Source: Nitrospinales bacterium
GTDB taxonomy: Bacteria; Nitrospinota; Nitrospinia; Nitrospinales; VA-1
NCBI GenBank assembly: GCA_965223795.1
Contig: CBDCXL010000002.1
Coordinates: forward strand, 577,036 to 641,035
Length of the DNA stretch: 64,000 bases
Direction of reading: 5' to 3'
The notes under the pieces are model-generated. The model saw only the letters and a program-made list of their open reading frames with translations. It searched no databases and had not been told where the DNA came from. The position numbers were made by a program, and so were the translations under genes. Shown here in pieces: positions 10,902-19,015 of the stretch. Numbering within the stretch: position 1 is the stretch's first letter; every line of letters starts with the position of its first letter.

Positions 10902-11615
10902 CTATTTTTCCCCGGCATCGGCGATGAACTGGTAGCCTTTTTCGCGCACGGTGAGGATGTGGCGGGGCTTCTGCGGTTTTTTCTCAAAGTGTTTTCTGAG
11001 CCGCGCGACGAAGTTGTCGACGGTGCGGGTTTCGGTCTCGGGGGCGTAGCCCCACACGGTTTCCAGCAGTTCCTCGCGCGTCACCACGTCGCCCTTCTTC
11101 GCCACCAATAGCTTCATGATCTGCGCTTCCTTGGCGGTGAGGTAGAACTCTCCCTGGCAGCCTTTGGCCTTGCCCGAGTCGAAGTCGATCCACATGTCGC
11201 CGAAGCGCATCACGCCCTCGTCGTTGACCGGCTGGCGGTACCAGTCCCACCTTCTTAAAATGCCTTTGACGCGCAGCAGCAGCTCCGGCAGGTGAAAGGG
11301 TTTGGCCAGGTAATCGTCGGCCCCCATTTCCAGTCCGGCGGCGCGGTCCTCGTCGGTCGATTTGGCGGACAGCATGAGGATGGGAAAACGGATGTCGGTT
11401 TCGCGGATGCGCCGGGCGACTTCCATCCCGCCCATCTTCGGCAGCATGAGGTCGAGGATCGCCAGGTCGAATTCCTGGCTTTGCAGGAGATCCAGGGCGC
11501 TCTGGCCGTCTTCCGCCACCACCACGCTGTACCCTTCCCGCTCCAGATTGAACTTGAGGCCCTTGGCGAGATGGCTCTCGTCTTCCACCACGAGTATCTT
11601 TTTCCTGGTTTCCAT
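10902..11615 (-). CDS. OmpR/PhoB-family response regulator
   Basis: 237 aa. It has a receiver domain (ILVVEDE ... DLAILDLMLPKMGG) and a winged-helix C-terminal domain (TRTVDNFVARLRKHF). Confidence 0.9.
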   Translation of the reverse strand: METRKKILVVEDESHLAKGLKFNLEREGYSVVVAEDGQSALDLLQSQEFDLAILDLMLPKMGGMEVARRIRETDIRFPILMLSAKSTDEDRAAGLEMGADDYLAKPFHLPELLLRVKGILRRWDWYRQPVNDEGVMRFGDMWIDFDSGKAKGCQGEFYLTAKEAQIMKLLVAKKGDVVTREELLETVWGYAPETETRTVDNFVARLRKHFEKKPQKPRHILTVREKGYQFIADAGEK

Positions 11616-11619
11616 AGGC

Positions 11620-12603
11620 TCAATTCACCGAAACCGCAGGGGGCACCGCCTGCTTTTCGAGCTTTTGCACAGGCAGACTCACGGTGAACACGGCGCCTTT
11701 GTTCAGGCCCTCGCTGGAGACGCGGATCGAACCTTTGTGGTTTTTGACGATCTCTTTGGAAATGAACAGCCCCAGCCCGGCGCCTTCGATGTTCTGCGTG
11801 TCGAGGTTCTGCACCCGGTAGAACTTTTTGAAGATCTTTTTGACGTCTTTTTTATTCAAACCGATGCCCTGGTCGATGAAATCGATTTCGCAGGTCTTTT
11901 TGCCGTTGCGCACCCGGATGGTGAGTGTCGAGCCCACGGGCGAGTATCGCAGCGCATTGCCGATCAGGTTGTTGAACACCATCCGCATGGCCCGCTGGTC
12001 CAGCTTGGCGATGACCGGCGCATCGGTCTCAAGATTCACATTGCAGTTTCGGTCCTCAAACTGGCGCTTCAGACCCTGGAGCACTTCGGAAAGGAACGCG
12101 CCCACCTCCACGGGCTTGAATTCCAGCTGCATGTTCTTGGGTTCGTATTTGCTGGAAGCCAGGATGTTGTCGATCAGCGAGGACAGCCGCTCGGTGTCGG
12201 TCAGCATGGTCTCGACGAAATCTTCGGAGTCCTCCCTGGACACTTTCTGGTACTTCAGGGTTTCCAGATACAGCTGAATGGATGCGAGTGGTGATTTCAA
12301 TTCGTGGGAAACGCTGGCGACGAAATTGCTCTGCAGGTCGTTCAGCTTCGCCTGCTTGTTCCAGTAAACAAAAATCATGTAGACCCCGGCCAGGATCACC
12401 AGCATTAAAAAACATCCTTCGAGCAAAATCAACCAGTTGAACTCGGCGCTGAAGAGATCCGGGCGCAGTTTCTGGGCGAAATCCTGCAAATCCCGGCTGT
12501 TTTTCAGGTACCAGTTGATCCAGACCGCCATCAGAATGATCCAGGCGATCTGGACCCCGATGAAGATCATGATCGGGTGAAACAATGCACGCAATCGGTT
12601 CAT
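11620..12603 (-). CDS. sensor histidine kinase with two TM helices and a minimal external loop
   Basis: 327 aa. The H-box is FVASVSHELKSPLASI. HATPase_c N/G boxes are present (NLIGNALRYS, DQGIGL, GAGLGL). It ends 4 nt before the response-regulator start. Confidence 0.9.
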   Translation of the reverse strand: MNRLRALFHPIMIFIGVQIAWIILMAVWINWYLKNSRDLQDFAQKLRPDLFSAEFNWLILLEGCFLMLVILAGVYMIFVYWNKQAKLNDLQSNFVASVSHELKSPLASIQLYLETLKYQKVSREDSEDFVETMLTDTERLSSLIDNILASSKYEPKNMQLEFKPVEVGAFLSEVLQGLKRQFEDRNCNVNLETDAPVIAKLDQRAMRMVFNNLIGNALRYSPVGSTLTIRVRNGKKTCEIDFIDQGIGLNKKDVKKIFKKFYRVQNLDTQNIEGAGLGLFISKEIVKNHKGSIRVSSEGLNKGAVFTVSLPVQKLEKQAVPPAVSVN

Positions 12604-12677
12604 GCGTCGATCTCCCTACGCCCTCCGGGCCCCCTGCTCCGGGCTGCCGGTCCCGGAACAGGCGGATTCCCGTGATA

Positions 12678-12694
12678 TTACATAAGTTTTACAT
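12678..12694. promoter_or_regulatory. direct repeat TTACAT x2 with 11-bp periodicity in the kinase/desaturase divergent region
   Basis: TTACAT occurs at 12678-12683 and again at 12689-12694, in the contexts aTTACATaa and tTTACATta. A TAAGAT -10-like hexamer sits at 12715-12720. The geometry resembles OmpR/PhoB-type boxes. Confidence 0.3.
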
Positions 12695-12789
12695 TAGGGG
12701 CGTTGGTTCAAGGTTAAGATGAAATGGTTCAGATATACCTGCAATCCATATCGGAAACCGGTACGTTGACCTCTTGAAAGGGACGCTTC

Positions 12790-13683
12790 ATGGCAGCTAC
12801 GGAAACCCAGCCTGTTTACACATTCAATAAATCCACAGCGGCATTCTTCATTTTTCTGCATCTGGGGGCCCTGCTGGCCCTGGCGCCGTTTGCCTTTTCC
12901 TGGAGCGCGGTGATCCTGTTCTTCGTGCTGCACTGGATGACGGCCTCTTTGGGTATCTGTCTGGGATACCACCGCTTTCTGACACACCGGGGGCTGAAAC
13001 TGCCCAAACCGGTGGCTTATTTTCTGGTGTTTCTGGGCACGCTGGCCTGCGAAAACGGCCCCATCAAATGGGTGGCCCAGCACCGCATGCACCACGCCGG
13101 CTCCGATACCGACCGGGACCCGCACAACGCCAAGAAGAGCTTCTGGTGGGCCCATTTCGGCTGGATGCTTTTCAGCCACCGCGAATTCGACGATCGCAAG
13201 GTCCTGCACAGCTACGCGAAAGACATCGCGGACGACCGATTTTATCAGTTTTTGGACAACCATTTCATTAAAATCCAGGTGGCCTTGGGCTTGATTTTAT
13301 TCGCCATCGGCGGGATTCCCTGGGTGGTGTGGGGCATTTTCCTGCGCATCGTCATGGTGTATCACAGCACCTGGTTTGTGAACAGCGCGGCGCATTATTT
13401 CGGCTACAAGACCTTCAAGCTGGAAAACGACCTGTCCACCAACTGCTGGTGGGTGGGGCTCATCGCCTACGGCGAGGGCTGGCACAACAACCACCACGCT
13501 TATCCCAAATCCGCCCGCCACGGCCTCCGGTTCTGGGAAATCGACATGACCTGGATGGCCATCTGCTTCCTGCGGGCCCTGGGCCTGGCCAAGGACATCC
13601 AGTACGCCAAACTGGTGCGCCAGCCGGAAACGGACACCACGGATAGCATCCTGATCGGGCAGATGGTCAAGCAGGCGGCCTGA
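12790..13683 (+). CDS. acyl-CoA/acyl-lipid delta-9-type fatty acid desaturase
   Basis: 297 aa. All three histidine boxes are present: HRFLTH, HRMHHAGSD and WHNNHHAYP. Confidence 0.88.
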   Translation: MAATETQPVYTFNKSTAAFFIFLHLGALLALAPFAFSWSAVILFFVLHWMTASLGICLGYHRFLTHRGLKLPKPVAYFLVFLGTLACENGPIKWVAQHRMHHAGSDTDRDPHNAKKSFWWAHFGWMLFSHREFDDRKVLHSYAKDIADDRFYQFLDNHFIKIQVALGLILFAIGGIPWVVWGIFLRIVMVYHSTWFVNSAAHYFGYKTFKLENDLSTNCWWVGLIAYGEGWHNNHHAYPKSARHGLRFWEIDMTWMAICFLRALGLAKDIQYAKLVRQPETDTTDSILIGQMVKQAA

Positions 13684-13704
13684 CCCCGATACACCGTATT
13701 CTCA

Positions 13705-13740
13705 ATCCGGACCGGTTCTGACCGGTCCGGATTTTTTTTT
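13705..13740 (+). terminator. rho-independent terminator downstream of the desaturase gene
   Basis: A perfect 11-bp stem ATCCGGACCGG / CCGGTCCGGAT has a 6-nt loop and is followed by T9. Confidence 0.85.
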
Positions 13741-13758
13741 GCCCTGATTGCGTCCGGC

Positions 13759-14253
13759 CTAAAGCATGCGGTACAGATGCTGGCTGGGAATCGCGGGGCC
13801 GAATCCGGCTTTTTCGTAGGCCCGGCGTGCGGGAGCGTGGCTGGCGTCGGCGCCGGTGCCCACGGTTGCAACCCGCATCCCGGCCGCCCGCAGCCGGTTC
13901 AGCGCTTCTTCGAACATCCAGGTGCCGATTCCCCTGCCCTGGTGATCGGGATGGACCGCGTTGAGGTCGATTTCCCCGACCTGGGACTTGGGATCGCTGT
14001 TCACCGAGCAAAACGCGACGATGTCCGTGCCGTGCTCGATCACAAACACATCGTGCGAGGAGTCCGCGTCACAAATGGTATCGAGATATTCGGCCTGCTC
14101 GCGCTCCGCGCTGGTGATCGCAAATTCGGCGATGGTTTCGCCAACGAGGTCCCGGAACGACTGAAACACGGATTTGTACGCCGCCTCGCGGATGGCGTGC
14201 AGCCGTGGCAGATCCTTCGGCGCAAACGCCCGGATGCGGCAGTTTTTGATCAT
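13759..14253 (-). CDS. GNAT family N-acetyltransferase
   Basis: 164 aa. The acetyl-CoA binding motif is HPDHQGRGIGTWMFEEAL. Confidence 0.8.
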   Translation of the reverse strand: MIKNCRIRAFAPKDLPRLHAIREAAYKSVFQSFRDLVGETIAEFAITSAEREQAEYLDTICDADSSHDVFVIEHGTDIVAFCSVNSDPKSQVGEIDLNAVHPDHQGRGIGTWMFEEALNRLRAAGMRVATVGTGADASHAPARRAYEKAGFGPAIPSQHLYRML

Positions 14254-14304
14254 GCGGCCGTCTCCCTTTCAGGGGCATGCATTGAATATCCCGGAGGCAA
14301 TCGC

Positions 14305-14988
14305 TCACCAGTGGACGCGCTTCACGCCGGCCACCTTCGAGATATCCAGAATCAGCGCTTCTTCGTCGATTCCCTTCTTCACGATGACCGGGTACTTGAT
14401 TTCCACTTCCTGCTGCGCATGGTCCACGATCCATTTCCGGCTGCCGGTTTTCAGGCCGAACTTTTGCATCACCTGCTGAATCCCCTCTTTCGCGCCGCCC
14501 CATTCCGGCAAATTCAGGTTGACCACCAGAATACGTGGATCCGGAAACGGGATCCATTTCTCCAGGTTTTTGAACAGAACCAGGATCACCAGCGCGCTGA
14601 AGGTGGCGCCGATGGCAAGGGCGTAGAACTGTTTGCCGATGAGGATTCCGATCCCCGCCACCAGCCAGATGCTGCCGGCGGTGGTCAGCCCGCGCACCAG
14701 GTTGCCTTCCTTGATGATGGCTCCGGCGCCGAGAAACCCGATGCCGGTGATGATGCCCGCGGCGAGCCGGTCCGGATCGAAAATCCCGTTTCCCGGCGGC
14801 AGGCTCTGCTGCGTGAATTCGGACCCGATGATCAGGATGGCCGCTCCCAGGCAGACCATCATGTGGGTGCGCAATCCGGCGGGACGCCAGCGCATCTCGC
14901 GTTCCAGCCCGACCAGACCGCCCAGAATCAAGGCCAGCGCCAGGCGGAGCAGAACGGAAACGTCGAGGTACCATTGCATCGCATCCAT
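14305..14988 (-). CDS. MgtC/SapB family membrane protein
   Basis: 227 aa. The N-terminal MgtC signature is LRLALALILGGLVGLEREMRWRPAGLRTHMMVCLGAA. Confidence 0.85.
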   Translation of the reverse strand: MDAMQWYLDVSVLLRLALALILGGLVGLEREMRWRPAGLRTHMMVCLGAAILIIGSEFTQQSLPPGNGIFDPDRLAAGIITGIGFLGAGAIIKEGNLVRGLTTAGSIWLVAGIGILIGKQFYALAIGATFSALVILVLFKNLEKWIPFPDPRILVVNLNLPEWGGAKEGIQQVMQKFGLKTGSRKWIVDHAQQEVEIKYPVIVKKGIDEEALILDISKVAGVKRVHW

Positions 14989-15028
14989 CGATCCCCTTCC
15001 CGCGGCGTGAAGACCGCTCTTCTATTCT

Positions 15029-15820
15029 CTAAAACTCAAACTCAAGGTGGTAGCCGGCGTATTTGCGCAGATTGATGACCTTGTTCGGGAACAGCAGGTA
15101 CTGCCCCTTGATGCCTGTGAGGGTGCCCTTGAGCTCGGGTTCCTTGTCCAGATTGTGGCTGGTGATTTTCTGCGGCGCCGCATCGACGGGATAGGAAAAC
15201 CGGTGCACCCCCTCTCCTTCCACGACGTATTGCCTGAGATCCTCCGGTATCCAGTTGACCGCCTGCTGCCGGGTGTCCAGCAGATCGACGGCGTCGATCT
15301 CGCCTTTGAGCATTTTCCGCCAGTTGGTCTTGTCGGACATGTGCTTTGCGATCGCGACTTCGATCTGTCCGGACAGCGCGCGTTTGGGGACCCTGGCGAT
15401 GATGACGGCCTCCACCGCGCCCTGATCGATCCAGCGCGACGGGATGTTGAAATGCCGCGTCACCCCGACCTTCACGCTGGAGGTCTTGGACAGGTACACG
15501 AAATGATCGACGCCGCAGTAGTTGCGGTAAAACTCCCGGTCCGCTTCGCTGCCGGTCTCGTGCTGGCAGGTTTCGGGACGCACGGCGCACATGGCGTTTT
15601 CCGGAAGATCGCGCGCGCAGGGAAAGCAGTATCCCTGATTGTAGGTTTTCTTGATGGCGCGGCCGCATTCGACGCAGGTGATTTTTCCGAGAAATTTGAG
15701 CCGCACGTCTTTTCCGACCTGCGCGGTGAACGGCACCGGTTTCTCGTCCAGACTCAGAAAATACTGAATCGGGTTCGCGTCTTCGTGGGTCATTTTTCTA
15801 AGCTGTCCGGAATGAATCAT
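15029..15820 (-). CDS. DUF2797 domain protein
   Basis: 263 aa. Cys pairs (CVECGRAIKKTYNQGYCFPC) plus VYLSKTSSVKVGVTR and RWIDQGA match my recollection of the DUF2797 pattern. Confidence 0.65.
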   Translation of the reverse strand: MIHSGQLRKMTHEDANPIQYFLSLDEKPVPFTAQVGKDVRLKFLGKITCVECGRAIKKTYNQGYCFPCARDLPENAMCAVRPETCQHETGSEADREFYRNYCGVDHFVYLSKTSSVKVGVTRHFNIPSRWIDQGAVEAVIIARVPKRALSGQIEVAIAKHMSDKTNWRKMLKGEIDAVDLLDTRQQAVNWIPEDLRQYVVEGEGVHRFSYPVDAAPQKITSHNLDKEPELKGTLTGIKGQYLLFPNKVINLRKYAGYHLEFEF

Positions 15821-15909
15821 CGTGCGAACCTGAAGGAAATTTCAAAATCGAAGGAAGGGTTTTCAAATCGGCAAACAAAGACCTTTGCTCAAAATAAACT
15901 AAGCCCGAC

Positions 15910-15965
15910 GTCACCCTGAGCTTGTCGAAGGGTGCAATGTCATGCTTCGACAGGCTCAGCATGAC
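15910..15965. repeat. palindromic dispersed repeat, family B (copy 1)
   Basis: GTCACCCTGAGCTTGTCGAAGGG ... CATGCTTCGACAGGCTCAGCATGAC. The same units recur at 39270-39396 and 50205-50269. Confidence 0.75.
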
Positions 15966-16020
15966 ATCCGTCCTATTCTATGCAAAAGTCACAAACCAGC
16001 GGCCCGTGATGGCGCGTCGT

Positions 16021-16209
16021 TCAATTCTGACTGTCGCGCGCCCAGCGGGAGGAAAAATGAAACAGCGCCCAGAGAGCCAGCATCACCACTCCGACGATCA
16101 CGGCGGAATCGAACACCAGCAGCGCGGTGAAAAACAAAACACCGTATCCCAGGATTTTTAACCACGCCGCGCGCCGCTTGGTCATGGCCTCACTCCTAAT
16201 GAAACGCAT
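16021..16209 (-). CDS. possible small two-TM membrane protein
   Basis: A 62-aa ORF with two hydrophobic stretches. There are no recognisable motifs and the start is uncertain. Confidence 0.25.
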   Translation of the reverse strand: MRFIRSEAMTKRRAAWLKILGYGVLFFTALLVFDSAVIVGVVMLALWALFHFSSRWARDSQN

Positions 16210-16635
16210 TCACGATGTTGTCCGGGAACGCCACGGCCCTGCCTCCGTGTTGTTGAGGTGGATGCCCTGTATGAAATTATAAAACATTTCGGCTTTCCCT
16301 GCACTGGCGCACGGGGAGCGCCGACGGGAAACGGGGGAAACGTTTTTTGGCGCGTGTCATTCCCCTATCGGCGTGTTAAAGTTTTCTGATTTATAAATAT
16401 CGTCTAAACTAAACTTAAAAACCAATCGATAAGACTATGCTGACAGGTTCGGCTCCATGAAAATCAAAACCCTTCAGGGCAGCCGCGTTGCGGGGGAGGC
16501 GTTTTTCGGGGGACAAATAAACAGTCCGCCGCGCGCTCATCCATTTTTGCCTGAATGCCGACCGGTTTTTATACGGCAGTGGGTTGCGCGATTGCGGTTG
16601 CCGGTGCTTTAGGCCTTAATTTTCAGGAAGGTTGC

Positions 16636-16863
16636 ATGGGAATTCGAGAAAAAACCGTCCTCCTGGCGGTGTTGATCATGGCGTTCACGTATCTCATTCT
16701 GGTGAACTGGGTGTCCCCGAAACACCCCGATCCGGGGATACCGGCGCAACACATATCCGAACCGTTCCCTAAAAAAACGCCTCCCAGGGAGGACGTGTTT
16801 TTCCCCCCCACCCCGAAAGTTCCAGAGGAAGATATCATCGTGGAAGAGACGCTGAAGGAATGA
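16636..16863 (+). CDS. possible small single-TM, Pro-rich protein
   Basis: 75 aa counted from MGIREKTVLLAVLIMAFTYLILV. An AGGAAG Shine-Dalgarno sits 6 nt upstream. Family unknown. Confidence 0.35.
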   Translation: MGIREKTVLLAVLIMAFTYLILVNWVSPKHPDPGIPAQHISEPFPKKTPPREDVFFPPTPKVPEEDIIVEETLKE

Positions 16864-17084
16864 CCGTGAGTTTTTTATAATTATGAACGTTTTTGACTTC
16901 CGATAATTTTAGTGTGTCACAAATATATGGTGATCCGTTACGATACTGTAAACATGTAATTTTTTGCTGGTCAGCTTGACAGGGATGGATTAAAATATTA
17001 GTTAGTAGCAAGGGAGGAATTACCCGTTTATGAGCCGGGGATCTTTCGGCTTGTTGCGGGGCACAGAGGAGAAAGGGAAAAGAA

Positions 17085-17300
17085 ATGAAAAATCTCAATA
17101 TCTCCAAAGGCTGGTTTGACGAAGAAAAAAAACCGGCCGAAAAAAAGAAATTCTGTGATCATGAGCAGGCAATCACCATCGACTACGATCACGGAATCGA
17201 ACACTGCCCTTACTGTGGTGCATTGGGTCACTACAACGTGGATAGCGACTCCATCGAGTGGACCCTGCCCGAGTACCTGAGCAAGCAAAACTACAACTGA
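17085..17300 (+). CDS. hypothetical small protein with a C..H..CxxC..H motif
   Basis: 71 aa (FCDHEQ ... HCPYCGALGH). It is preceded by an AT-rich region and GAGGAGAAAGGGAAAAG. Confidence 0.4.
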   Translation: MKNLNISKGWFDEEKKPAEKKKFCDHEQAITIDYDHGIEHCPYCGALGHYNVDSDSIEWTLPEYLSKQNYN

Positions 17301-17335
17301 ACACGGACCGGTTCATCACCGCCGTTTTCTCATAC

Positions 17336-17366
17336 GGCCAGGCTGTATTTGCGCCTGGCCTTTCTC
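17336..17366 (+). terminator. candidate terminator downstream of the 71-aa ORF
   Basis: A 7-bp stem GGCCAGG / CCTGGCC is followed by the T-rich sequence TTTCTCGTCCTTTCG. Confidence 0.35.
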
Positions 17367-17474
17367 GTCCTTTCGTTCGTTCCCGTCCGTTTACACCCCG
17401 TTATTCAGGTTCCCCGCTTATATCGATCCCGTCAGGTCCGCTTATACGGCATTTTATGCCCGTTGTCCGTGGCT

Positions 17475-18194
17475 CTAGCCGCCCATGACCTGCAACCAGT
17501 CCTCCAGGCGTTTGATCTGTAAATACGCGTTGGTTTCGCGCACTTCTCCCAGGGGCGCGTTGGCCTTGCCGCCATAGTTGTGGCCGGGATACAGGATGAT
17601 GTCGTCCTGGATGCTGGCCAGCCGGCGCGTGAGGGTGTGGTACATCTCCTGGCTGTCGCCCCCCGGCAGGTCCACGCGGCCGCAGCCTTGCAGAAACAGC
17701 GTGTCTCCCGCCACCAGATTGTCCTCAACGCGAAAACACTGCGATCCGGGAGTGTGGCCGGGCGTGTGCAGGCAGGTGATTTCGATCGATCCCACCTTCA
17801 CCGTGTCCTCGCTGTCGACCTTTTTGAGATCCGATTCGGAAAGCCCGGTCACCTGGATGACGCCGTCCGCCTCGTGCTTGTTGACGTACACCGGAACGGG
17901 ATGTTTGGCCATCAGCTCCGGCAGGCCGGTGATGTCCATGCCGAAAATGTGCCCGCCCACGTGGTCGGGATGGTAATGGGTGACCAGCGCGCCGGTGAGC
18001 TTCATGCCGTCGCGCTCCAGGATCTGGAGCAGGCTGTCCACATCCCAGGCCGGATCGACCACCAGGCACTCTTTGGTCTCGCTGTCGCCGATGAGATAGA
18101 TGAAATTGGCCATCTGCGCCGCGGAGGGGTCCGACTGCGCCACATCGGAGCCGCACAAAAGCTGCTTGAAATAAATCGGATGATTCGCGTTCAC
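17475..18194 (-). CDS. MBL-fold metallo-hydrolase (glyoxalase II/ETHE1-like)
   Basis: 239 aa with the metal motif THYHPDHVGG and a later TPGHTPGS. Its start overlaps the stop of the upstream nuclease gene in an ATGA arrangement (18191-18194). Confidence 0.85.
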   Translation of the reverse strand: MNANHPIYFKQLLCGSDVAQSDPSAAQMANFIYLIGDSETKECLVVDPAWDVDSLLQILERDGMKLTGALVTHYHPDHVGGHIFGMDITGLPELMAKHPVPVYVNKHEADGVIQVTGLSESDLKKVDSEDTVKVGSIEITCLHTPGHTPGSQCFRVEDNLVAGDTLFLQGCGRVDLPGGDSQEMYHTLTRRLASIQDDIILYPGHNYGGKANAPLGEVRETNAYLQIKRLEDWLQVMGG

Positions 18195-19015
18195 ATTCCT
18201 CTCCCCTGCCCCGGGTCCAAAAGGGCGTTCAGTAATTGAGCCAGACGGACCCCCGCCTGGCTCAGCCGCAATGCGATGATCTCCCGGCTTTGTTCGACAT
18301 AGGTCTTGTCAGGCCGCCCACCCGTAGTTCCGAAGCGGTAGACGTGATCGAGCACGACCGCGCGCGACTCCTGCGCCCAGCCGGTCACGGACACAGCGGC
18401 CCACTTCTCGCGATCCGATGCGGTGATGCGGGCGTTGAGACCGCGGGCGTATTGTACCAGATCCTCGGCGCCGATCAGCCCTTCATCCCAGAGCGCGTGC
18501 AGATCGGTGGGCTCTCCCTCAAACTCAACCGGGATTTCATTGCCGCCGCGGTCTGCCGCATATCCCAGATGCAGGGGCTGGTGGATGTCGGCGACGAAAT
18601 GCACGAGGTACATCAGCGCCTCTTTGCGCTCACTCGGGCTTTGTCCTGTCTCTTCGAGGATGCGGGAAAAATCCAGGATTTTTTCCAGCACGCAGTGCCC
18701 GTCCGGGCAGTCACGTCTTTTCCGGTAGGCGCGCTCGCCTTCGGGAAGGTTGAGGTAGTGCCAGGGGCCCTCGTCGCGCTGGCGTTTGACCGCATCCGCC
18801 CAATTTGCGATTGCGGCGAGATCCGGTATGTTAAAATCCTTCTGGTATTTGTCGCGGATCTCGGGTTTGAGGTTCGCGTCCGCCACAATCGCGACGATGC
18901 GGTGGCCTTTCGGCCCCCAGGCCAGGGCCTCAAAAGGAACGATTCCCATCAGGGCCAGCAGCGCCGCCGCCGCGAACCGCTGCGTTAGCCGGTTGAACTC
19001 AGGATAAAAGCGCAT
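18191..19015 (-). CDS. S1/P1 nuclease family protein with a predicted signal peptide
   Basis: 274 aa. The mature N-terminus is WGPKGHRIVA. It also has HFVADIHQPLHLG and NEIPVEFEGEPTDLHALWD, which are S1/P1 zinc-ligand motifs. Confidence 0.8.
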   Translation of the reverse strand: MRFYPEFNRLTQRFAAAALLALMGIVPFEALAWGPKGHRIVAIVADANLKPEIRDKYQKDFNIPDLAAIANWADAVKRQRDEGPWHYLNLPEGERAYRKRRDCPDGHCVLEKILDFSRILEETGQSPSERKEALMYLVHFVADIHQPLHLGYAADRGGNEIPVEFEGEPTDLHALWDEGLIGAEDLVQYARGLNARITASDREKWAAVSVTGWAQESRAVVLDHVYRFGTTGGRPDKTYVEQSREIIALRLSQAGVRLAQLLNALLDPGQGRGM

